The notes under the pieces: generated by a model
Database searches by the model: none
What the model was told of the DNA's origin: nothing
Seen by the model: the letters and a program-made list of their open reading frames with translations, nothing else
DNA from: Lytechinus pictus
Lineage: Eukaryota
NCBI RefSeq assembly: GCF_037042905.1
Contig: NC_087253.1
Coordinates: 992,001-1,056,000, forward strand
Length of the DNA: 64,000 nucleotides
Direction of reading: 5' to 3'
Position numbers and translations under genes: made by a program
Shown: positions 1-11,800 of the stretch, in pieces
Layout of the letters: each line of letters opens with the position of its first letter
Numbering within the stretch: position 1 is the first letter of the stretch

Positions 1-316
1 GAGATTCTTTGATGGATACATGGGAGCTGCTCACATATAACCAAAGTTAAATCTTTAATCAAAAACCCATAACTTGAGATTCTTTGATGGATACATGGGA
101 GCTGCTCACATATAACCAAAGTTAAATCTTTAATAAAAAACCCATAACTTCAGATTCTTTGATGGATACATGGGAGCTGCTCACATATAACCAAAGTTAA
201 ATCTTTAATCAAAAACCCATAACTTGAGATTCTTTGATGGATACATGGGAGCTGCTCACATATAACCAAAGTTAAATCTTTAATCAAAAACCCATAACTT
301 GAAATTCTTTGATGGA
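1..316. repeat. 75-bp tandem repeat, 4 near-identical copies plus a partial one (continues beyond window start)
   Basis: Unit gagattctttgatggatacatggg...cccataactt starts at 1, 76, 151, 226 and (partial) 301. Confidence 0.95.
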
Positions 317-2688
317 TTTTCATCAACCCTCACTAATATTTTTATCATTGTTTCAGATTTTATCAAAATAAAATATAATGAAAATTGTTTTCTTTATGTA
401 TTTTTTTTTTCTTTTTAGAAGCAAAATCCTACATACCTTGTTTGTTTCTAATATAGAGCATTCTTGTTGCTTGGAGTAATCAGATCTAATCCAATTTATT
501 CCATAGATAAACCTACATTGTAACACAGGTCGAACTCTAACAGTGCAATTTTACACCATTTCAGGTGCATCTGAATATGTGAAATGACACTTTGTGTCTT
601 AATCATATAGCTCAATCTATAAAGGACAAAACAGCTTCTGATCTGTTTCCGGTTTGAAATGATAAACATTTAAACCATTCATAAAATGTCAAAGTTGGTA
701 CCAAATCTTTGCCTTTGGAATGAACACATTAGCAGTTGATATTGTACTTTGGACTGTAGTATCAGTTTGATGTGTGATGTAGAAACCTTTGTAAATATTG
801 ACTCTTTATATTTTGAAGGGTGAATATTGACTCATGGATTCTTGAATATTCGCTTAATTACACCATTAATTGAGCATGAAGTGAATCATCCGAAAGAGTC
901 ATTATAAAAACGGAAGTATTTATCTCTACCTGATTAATTCATGTTTATTGTATGTCAATAATATATCTACAATTCATGGAATTTATGATGAGGGGCAATT
1001 CACATGAATGCCATATCACAAAATCTAAAAATTTTCATTCACAAAGTTCATAACACTGTTACTCTATGTTGGATTTCCACCAAACCTTCCTATGTTTCTT
1101 AATTATTTTTGAATGTTTTTGCCTTTGAAAAAAAGCCAACATAATGTCAGGATGAATGTCCCCTTTAAACCATGATTTAAAGACAAATACCAGTTGAGGT
1201 TAAATCTAAACATGAATTTGAGCGGAATCCACTAAAATTAACAATTTTCCATGTATGAATGTAAAATATGTGCCAAATAATTTCGGTAAATATGAGTGAT
1301 TCTGTTGCAAATTTCTTATGTAAGACTGTACAGAACATTGTAAACTTATTCTATTACAACCAGAAATGTATATTATCAAATTTGAGAAGCAATATTATTC
1401 CCTGATATACTATATCATCTACTTGTGAATTGTAGACTTTTGTAAAAATACAGTCTGGGAAACTGATATGGAAAAGAAAGAAATAAAAACAATTTGGAAA
1501 TATAAGGATTACCTGCCAGCAAATATGAAAATAAATTAATGAAAAAAATGTGATAAGAAGTATGCTCCCTACGAGAGGGCTGAAGTACATGTTCATTCTT
1601 CAATAAGCTAAAACTATATTCATATGTGTGTAGCAGCGGTGAATGCTTGATTGCACAATATAAAATCAATAGAAAGAGGCAGAGATATGAAGTAAAGTTA
1701 ATTGCATTGTACACAATCCCTTTTCAAACATCTGGATATAATTTAGTTACGGCTGCCGCAATACAGCATCTAAAACCTCAAACATATTACAAGCAACTAT
1801 ACCACAGAAGTTGCTAAGCAACAACTGTTCTAGGAAAATCACCAAAGGAATGGAATGCTCAATTGAGAAAGCTGCATATACTAAAGTTCTCTATACTTGC
1901 AACCAATGTCAAATTTATCATTCATAAACAGCAAAATAAAAACTACAAATATCACAATCAAAAGTACTTCAAATGTCAAAGTCAAGGCATTATGTCACAC
2001 CCTGTACAATGATAGCACACCATTTCCTATTATACACAACTGCATTTATTCAGCTTGATAATTCTTTTCACACTAACATGTAGGCCTAATCATGGATGGA
2101 TGTCAATTGGTCAACATGTAACAAAGAATCTTATGACTAGATATAGTAAACAATGCATATTATTATTGTTCACATCTTAATCTTTGTTATGTTTGTATAT
2201 ATTTTGTAAATTACTTTCCTTTATTGTAATCTCAACAAAGTAACATCATATCAATTTAAGCTTACTCTGTAGAATCAAAGGCTGCGATGCTATAATTTAC
2301 AATCTATTACAATATCAGTTCTAAATACTGATGGATTAATTTTTACCAATGAAAATTAATGTTAACTTTTTATTGCTGAAACAGACTATAATCAGTAGCA
2401 AATTTGCAATTAATTAAACAATTTACAATTGATAGGATAATTGCAGATATAAAATGTGATTATTATTGATTGCAAGTTTGGTGCAAGAGTTGCATGAATA
2501 GAAAGTCATAATAAACACTGCACTTGATGAATGTCGGGGAGACACAAATACATATGAAACCAATGAATCAAATTATACTTCCAACAAAAGGAAATATATT
2601 AAAATTCCATTGCTTATTTAAAAATATTCATCAGTCATTGCTTCATGATACAGCAAGAAATGAGTAAAATAATTCAGTAAAAACTTAC

Positions 2689-2887
2689 CGAGATTTGGAG
2701 CACTGGAAGTCTTTTTCGAGGTGATTTTAAAGAGTCCCTTTCCAAATGAAGCTCTGGGTTTTCTTGATTCTGGTGTACCGTTGGTCGATTGCTGCTGGAG
2801 CTTGGTTGGAAGATCAAACTCTTGGTTTCTACGAGGGGAGGGCAGCGTCCTGTAACCGGAGGGATTAGATCTACCTGCTAAATCACC
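2689..2887 (-). CDS. PPFIBP1: Liprin-beta coding exon 16
   Basis: GDLAGRSNPSGYRTLPSPRR...PRASFGKGLFKITSKKTSSAPNL(x)|GTAAG; conserved FGxGxFKI...SAPNL motif. Confidence 0.88.
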
Positions 2888-5800
2888 CTGATGAGTAGAA
2901 TGGAGAGTGAAGGAGGAGGGGGCAGGAGAGTGGCAAAAAGAGGGGAGTTTTTAACAGGGGAGAAAGGAAGAATAGTAAATTATGAGAAAGGAGGGAAAAT
3001 TAGAAGTGAGAATGTTTTTAAAAAGAGGTAGACAATATGATACATGTAAATTATGTGATCAGTGAGAAAGCCACAACCAGTAGAGAGAGAGAGCGAGCAA
3101 TAAAAAGCGAAGGATAGAACAAATAAAAGAGAGAGAGGGGTTAGAGAGAGCATTAAAAAGCAAAGGATAGAACAAATGAAAGAGAGAGAGAGAGAGAGGA
3201 AGAGAGACAGAGACAAACAGATCAAGAAGGAGAGAGAAAAAAGATAATGTAATTGAAGCCAAAATGGGAGTTATACAGAAAAATAGGAGTATAAAAGTTA
3301 AGCAAAATGGAAACAAAGAAAGCAAGGTGGAAATAAAGTGAAACACACTCATACCACATACAGGCGAATATGACAGCCAAACAGACCAATAGAATGATGG
3401 ACATACATGTATGACCAAAGTTTGGCAAATATATAATCAGGAGTGAGAGAGGTAGGAAATGGCAGGAAAAAAATGTAGGAAACCAGATGTAAACACAGAG
3501 AAAGAGAAAGAGAGAGGGGTGAGTGGTAGGAGAGAATAAGAGAATAGGAAATGATTAAATTCAGTCCATATGTTATGCACAGCAAGATCCTATGTCAGAA
3601 AGTGTCAAGTAGGCCTACATATTAACAAGTAGCTTAAACATAGAAATGTGGTCATTGCCACTATAACAAAATCCCAATACCCCCCCCCCCCCATTCCCCC
3701 TTTGAAACCATAGTTGAGATGAATGACATTAAGTTTTGTGCTGACATTCATAACCATTTTTGGTAAATAAAATCATATCAAAGCAATCTAGGTAACATAA
3801 TAATCAGGCCCCTTAATCAAAAACAATGCTGAGCATAATTTAATCATAATGAAGATTTTTTTACCAATCAATGACATTGACCCATATGTACAATTTATCA
3901 CAATAAACTTGTCTGTACAAACACTTGCCAAGACCTGTAAACATACAACACCTATTAGTGTAGTTGTACACATGGTTATTAAATCAAGTAAGATTTCAAA
4001 TCCTGTGCTACCAGCACTGACTGATATCTTCTTTATATTCCATCGCTTTGATTTACTGCATAAACCTGGGCCCTGTGTTACAAAAAGTAACAATTGATCC
4101 GATCAATCTCAACTGTATGGAAATCCATCAACGTCATACTTTTTTCTTCAGAAAATTTGCACAATGTCCTTTGTATTGAGATGCACGCTGAATTTTCAAG
4201 TTAACTATGAATGTATGAAGCGTTGTGGCCCAGTGGATTAGTCTTCTGACTTTGAAACAGAGGATCGTGGGTTCGAATCCTAGCCATGGCGTAATTTCCT
4301 TCAGCAAGGAATTCATCCACATTAAGCTGCACTCAACCCAGGTGAGGTGAATGGGTACCTGACAGGAATTTATTCCTTGAAATGCCACGTGCTGTAATAG
4401 GCTGCGGGGCTAAAGCCGGGGTAATAATATCCAAGTCCTTTGGAAGTGCATAGGGACGTTATGACATAATGTGATCTGCGCTATACAAGAACTGCGTTAT
4501 TATTATCATTATTATGAATATACATCATATCTCGAAAATATTTTGAAAAAACATGAGTTTTAGATATGGACGTTGCTGGCTTTTCATAGTTGTGGTTGAT
4601 TGATCAATCATAACTCTTTGTAAGACAGGGCCTTGGGATCTCTTAGGTTAACAAAATACTTTTTTTGAAACAGATTTTTTTTTCCTCCTAATTTGGGCAG
4701 AATTTTAAGAGCTAGGGACATTTTTTTTAAATGCTAAAGCACGCCCTGGGTGGTATTTTATAAAGCGAGGGGTTGTTTAAAAAAGATTTAAGTGTGACCC
4801 CTTGTTTAAACAATTAATGCACAAATATATTGACTGGTGACCTTTTTGCATGCAAACCAGATTTTCAACAATTTAAAATCACTTAATATTTTCAAGGTAC
4901 AAAAAGTTTGTTATTTGTCAAGATCTCTTCACAATTATGGAATATTGATACTGATTATGTTAAAAAGGAAAATGTTGCCATGGATCATCAGTCATGCTTG
5001 AAATTGTGCATAATTTACAAATAGCTTTTTGAATGGCTCACTGAGCAGAGAATTTAATTTTGTTATTCTAAAATAGTACCTCCTTGTTAATGGTACTGCA
5101 GAGGCGTTAGAAAAAGTTCTATAGCAAGACTTCATAAACTGACACAAGACTGTGATATAGGGTAAACAACCAGTACCAGTAGCACAGAAATGTTGGTATT
5201 AAAAAGATAGCACTAACAGTATGCCCTGTCACATCTTTTGGATTGGAATGTCAAATGTTAATGCGTTGTTGTGACATTAGGCACTAGGCATTGCTATGAA
5301 ATTATTGGTTGTAACAGGGCTTCTGTTAGCGCATTGTTAGCGCTAACCACATTACTATGTGGCCGGTATAGTTTGATTATGGCCTATTTTTCTAACCCAG
5401 TCTATGCTTTCTATATTCATGTAGTCTAATACCCACATTACCTACAATGTGCTGCACTCAACCCAGGTGAAGTGAATGGGTACCCGGTAAGAAGAAATTC
5501 CTTGAATGTTTCAGCGCCTATATGGGCAGCACAGCTATATCCAGGGTAATAATAGCAGCGCTTTGCATCTTCAATCAATCCAGCTATTAATAGTATAATT
5601 AATACTCATTTTGTATTGATCACTTGATCTCAACTCATTTATCAAAATTGCTCATGATAAATCAATAAAATTCCATTTACCAAATTGGATACATGTATAT
5701 AAGCAAAAAGTCAAAGAAATTGTTTTTAATGTTCAAGTCACAAACCTCTTTGTCAACAATACAAAGTATAATGCATGTATATATATATTAACATGTATAA

Positions 5801-8800
5801 GGGTGTGTTATATTATAATGATGAAGGAAAATGAGCAAAAGAAATCTAATGAATAACAATAGTGCTGATGAGATTAAAATTAAGAGTATATTAAAAAAAA
5901 AAAGATTATTAAAAGCAGTGAAATTGGAGGTTAGGTATATGAAATATATACAAAATATCAGGGGTATATATAGGAAAACAGTATACATAAATATTATGTG
6001 TTCCACAAAACTTTGTCAAGTAAATGATAAGTGCATCAAATTCAAAATTGCATCTCACACACACATTAAATGAGGAAAAAAATCAGTTAAAATCAATTTG
6101 TGGCTTGCAGCTGGTCAATAAATATCTCACACAAATTTACAAGTTGATGTCTTTTGCATTGCTTATTGTGGTAATAAAAATCACAAGATAACAACATGCT
6201 ATTAAAATGCCTACAGTAACTTTTCACAAAATTTGGATAGATCTGCAGGTACATATATGGGGAACAGTGGTTGTTGAACTGACAATGTTACTCTGAATAT
6301 TAAACACATATTTTTTTAAATCTTTAACACTTATCAGGATAAAAATCAAAGTAATAAACAATATTATTCATGTCTTTATGAACTGATGGAATTAACAAAA
6401 ATGTTTGCTGTAACCAAACAAGCCCCAGTAAACCCTGTCATCTTGTTTTATTAATTAAAAATTGGCCCCAAATATGCTGACCGACCATATTTTTTTTCTT
6501 CTATTTTCTATGCTTCTTTTTGTTACAAATAAAATTGATAAAAAGATGTTGCAGCAGAACATCATCCATACTACATTAGTTAATAAAGGACACCATCCCA
6601 CTTTACAGCATACCAAGATAGCAGGGTGTACAAAATAGAGATCCTAGGGAGATTATTATCACTACTGTTTGATGCATATTTAAAGTTAAATATTCAAAAT
6701 AAAATATGCACAGAATCCAATAAAATGACCACCAAAGTGCCAGTAAGTATGAATAAAAAATTTCATGTAACTATACCAGATCTAGATCTGCAGTGTAGAT
6801 TGACAATTAAACTTGGTTTTACACACTTTCTCATGAGATGTCAGTGTTAATTGCAAACTTTCATTTATCTTTAAAATGAAGCTTTAATGAAATAACAATA
6901 TCAGAACATCTTTGAATGACCATGTACACACTTTGGTGATAAAATGACTCAATTATGTTAGTTAAAGATCAATTTAAATTTTTGGACGACACATTTTTAT
7001 GTTCATATAAAGGTAGCATCTATTAAGCCATTATTTTAGTATGTATAACATTGACAAGAAGTTAACGTAACTGTTAAATACAAAACTCTGAAGAAAATGA
7101 ATTAAAATTTGAAGAATAAAGCCATGCACCACCTGTTGCCATGGTAACTGGTTAAAAAGGGAAGCAAAGGCACAAAGAACTCAATCCTAAGTGAAGATGA
7201 ACAGTGTATTAATAAGATGGTATTATAACAACACATAGATAGCGATGAATGCAATAGGTCGATTTGATGGAGAAAAGGCGTAAGAAAGAACGGTGTGATT
7301 ACCTCTGAGTCCGTCGTTTTCTTAGGAGCAGGTAGAGTCATGTGACCTGTAATGGGGGAAACGTCACGACGGAAGTGTGCCACGTTGGCATCGTCAATGT
7401 CAATGAAGGTCAAGTCAGTTGGAGACTCTACACCATTCCCTATATGACCATTTGTGTTTGAAGGATTACTATTAGCACCCTGTGTCAGGAAAACACTAAC
7501 ATGATCGATACCCGCCCTATCTTCAAAGTCTTCCCCAACCGAGCTTCTCTGGTCATTACTGATCTCAGTCGTAGCATCCAAATCAAAATTAACCTTCTTT
7601 GGGACAGATTCCCAGGTTGGCTCATTATTGGTCGGGAATGGAGGGGTTTTATTTGATGCTGAGGTGACCACTTCTGGCAATTCTTTGGTCAGGTGTTTCA
7701 TGTCTTCGGGAAGAGAAGGATCTCCTAGCCCAGGAGATACCCTTTCAATGTGGATAGGAACATGGATCGTTCTAGGATCTTCTGTAAGAAAGGTTGAACT
7801 GTCCGCTGGAGGATGTTTCATGTCAGGGGTGGAATGGAGGGGCTGTACCGTACCATGCCCTTGGATGTGTATAGGGACATGTATTGTTCTAGGACCCTCA
7901 CTAAGAGGTCTGTCAGGGTTTTTGGTGTCAGGAGTGGGATGGGATAGGTCAGAAGGAGTTTCATTCTGTAAGGATAGAAAACATGCAAGGGAAATGCAAA
8001 TATCAAATGAATTACATAACATCCATTGGTATGATCATTCTTTATAAAAAGGTAGGTACTGTACACAAAGTCATATACTTGTCATGAATATATATATATT
8101 CACATGGTATGGAACATAGACACACTTACTGAACATACCTGTATATTATCAAGTCTATAGATATGCTATGTTTTAATTTGACATAAAAAACCCACATGAA
8201 ACACACTTTTTTAGAAAGTCAAACTGTTATCGATTTTACTTGAAAATAAACCATGGGCATATTAACATCAAATGAGTTATACAGAGTTTGAAACATACAA
8301 GTATCATTGAAAACCTGCAGAAATTCATTCTCACATTCTTGAATCCTATCTATTCTACTGGAAAGAGCAAGGCATCATTATTAATTCATCATAACGTATA
8401 AGCTTGTTGAAAGAGATCATGATGGATTAAACATTGACATCAAAATGAGTTATCAAAAGATTTCTTTCATAAATCAAGTCTATCCTATACATGCTTGCAA
8501 AGGAGTGTTTGTTACAAGAAAGCTGTATAATTGATGCATACTTAATTACTTATATGAGGAATAATATGATACATAATACATGTATATACAAATTGATAAT
8601 ATTGGTTCAAAATGCAGACATTTATGAAGCAACATACATAGAAGGGCACTGCGAATGATTAACTTGAAGATTTAATATTTAAATGATAATATATGAAAGA
8701 CAAGAGATAATGAACGTTGAAGAATGAACAATAATATGATTATGTTTGGTTAAAAGTTTCTAATTTTACCATCGTTGATTTTGCCTTTTTCATACGCTAT

Positions 8801-11800
8801 GGAACAAAAATTAGAAAATAGGGAGATTAAATTATGGACTAGTTGATTGGCAAAATGACAACAGAAATTATTATAATTGCAATTTGTTTTGGAGGTGTTT
8901 TCAAATCGAATCACAAGCAGTCAAAAGACTCAGAAAAACAAAAAAATTTGATGATACTGAAATACAGCCTCTGACAAAGGTAGTGATCCACGAAGGGTTC
9001 ATACCATGGCTCTCTCTCTCTCTCTCTTTGAAACCTGCCTTAATCCCCAAGACTAATCAGAATCAGGTTTCATGGGGATTTCAATACAATTCTCGCTACC
9101 CCAAATAGCGATTTCGCCGAGATCCCGGAAAATCCCTGTAACGCGCATTGCATTATGGGATAGCTTTTCGGTATTACAACTTCCTGTTCGGAAGTCCAAT
9201 GCACTGTTTTGCCATTCAGATCAACAGTACCGTCATGCACAACAACACAACGTTGCTTTCGCTCGGAAAGTTCGTGATCACAACCCTCTCTTTCACGATA
9301 CAGTTTAACGGCCTTTTCTGCTAAAGTCACTAATTCTGCCCGACGCTTTCCATTGCACGGTATTCATCTGTCAGTTAAGATTTTTTTAAGTTCTGAAACT
9401 GATTTTTATCCATTTTGTGGTCGACGAAAAATTGAACTAAATGAATGCTGTATATATTTAGCGTCTAGTTGAATATGATCGTGATGTCAGGCCGGTCGCT
9501 AAATGCAAAATTTTAAGATATTCATTATTTGTTTGATTTTTTTATAACCAAATAAAAACATGAATAAAAATTTTTTTCACGTGAAATGTATATTTTTTTT
9601 TTATAATTCAAATAGAATCAAAACTGACCAAATGTAATAGATTGGCATCGATTTCAGCGTGGTGGAAAACTCAGTATCGCGAACCTCGCGCGAGCATGAC
9701 TCTAAACCGGAAGTGGTGATGACGACCCGACGGAGTGACAATTATCTCGTCTCGCGCATTATGAGATTTTTGTTCCTATTTGGGGTAGCGAAAATTGAGT
9801 TTACCAAGTAACAGGTGTCGTCTATCACCTACATAGGGACAGTGATTTTCCGCGATCACGGAAAACGGACGGAATTCACGGAAATGGCCTTTTGAAATGG
9901 AAAGTGGCATTTCAAACAGAAAACATATTTTTCCTCAGAATACACAGAAAAGCAACAAAAATTTCTCCAAAATCTCAACAAAATACGAAAATGAAATGGC
10001 CACAAAACAAGATCCCACCTCACTACAATCACGACAATCCACACATCGTGACTGCTCTTCACTCCATCACACTCAATCGTACCCCTCGCCTCGGCCTTTC
10101 CTGGCGGGGTACGGTCGATCGGCCGTATCGAAAACATTCACATGAGGTTGTGTGTTGCTGCCCTCTACATTTGAAGATGTAACAGCACGATCTTGAAATC
10201 CAAAATGGCGGATAGAACAAAATCTTTGACTGCTCAAAACGATGTAAAAAACCCCCCAAATTATCGATAAAATTTCATTCAACCATAAAATAATGCTAAA
10301 AATGTGAAAGGTGAGGATGTACAGTATTCATGTTAAATGTGTTTGTCAAAATATTTTGTGTATCCGCATAGATCCGATTCTACTGCGTTGTTGGTACAGT
10401 GGCAGATACAAATTTTGACCAGCGCGAGTGTTATTGCTACTGAATGGGTAAACGGAATCGTTAATTTTTTATGCACACAAAGTCTATGGGGAAACAGAAT
10501 TTCCGTTTTCTGACATGCTGAAACGGAATTTAAGATTTTCTGAAACGGAAAATCACTGTCCCTACCCAGAATAGAATCAAATTTTATAAAATATAGGCAT
10601 TTTGTAATGCTCTGGAGCACATCTCTCTTTCTCATTCTAACCAACAGAGGGGGCTATTTAATGTATCAGTGCTGTGTGAATTAAGGTCTGAAACCATTCA
10701 GTTTTCATGTGGGATGTGCAGGTGAACCACTACACCGGGGTTTCCCAAACTCTTAGTGCTGTGGGTTCTTAACTTGCAAAGGTGGTGACTCTCCTCTACA
10801 TGGGGCCTCCATTTAACGTCCTATCCGAGGGGCAGATATACATAACATATGCTCTGTACAACTGCACATGGTAATATGATTTCCTCAATATTTGTCCAGA
10901 ACAAGCTGAAGAATGTTTAAGCCTCGACACCTAAATTTGCACTGAATGAAAGTTGTCGCTCTATTACAGGTGTCGGCAAATTGATCACCAACTCTCCAAG
11001 ATACATGTATACCAGTCACTACCTATAGGACGGCACTCAATATGTGAGTGTAGATAACACCATACAAAACTACATAGGTGCTAACTGCATGAAGGATGAT
11101 TTCATGTTGGAAGCACAATGCAGGTTGCCTAACCTAGCGCCAATATTTAATGTGACCTAACAAAAATGATCAAATTTACATTCTTGATAGCTCTGCACAA
11201 GGTGAGTGTTTCCTAAAGTTCTTCATAAGTTACGAGTGACTTTATGAACGACTGGTGATCCTTTCTTGTAGTACACCTGTAAGTGACGCACATCGGATTT
11301 CCACTGGCGTTGATTAAGTTCTTAAGAAAGGGTCACCAGTCGTTCATAACATATGAACAGCTTTAAGAAACATCCACCAGGTTCAGCTCTAATATACAAA
11401 TGGTGTAGTGATGGAGGAAAAAATTGACCAAACACCAACACTAAAACATCAACCCCAAACTTGAAATAACATGTTATACATTGTATTTTGCCCTCATCAT
11501 ATATAACTTATCATATCATAGTGTAATGTACATGGTTATTAAGTGCCACCAACTTTCATACAATATTCAAACAAACTATGTGCTTTATAATCTAACAGGT
11601 GGTTTACAGCTTGATACTACATCGTCATTTTATTCAAATCATGATGAATTACATGATAAAGGTAACTTTTGAAAGCTACTGATATAATGGTATTGATTAC
11701 CTGACCTGTGAAAGGAATTCTGTAATTTTAGAAGGGACCCTTGGTGAATGTGCATAAAGCTCTTTTGTAATTATCAAGGTGTCTGGAAATGGTTTCAATG

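Noticed and set aside
1-316. CRISPR-like array
   Set aside because: Units are contiguous with no unique spacers, and the context is eukaryotic
437-512. Possible stop-containing (poison or terminal) exon, GLSME*
   Set aside because: Has AG and GTATGT but a weak pyrimidine tract; not supportable without transcripts
2980-3585. Hydrophobic 'membrane protein' ORFs (also 19385-19713, 58874-59278)
   Set aside because: Translation of low-complexity CT or AAT tracts
4216-4292. tRNA gene (TTG anticodon-like loop)
   Set aside because: Poor acceptor stem and it continues into a SINE body and tail; the same applies to 25305-25376 and 59545-59610
7628-8047. 139-aa plus-strand ORF
   Set aside because: Antisense shadow of the 663-nt exon
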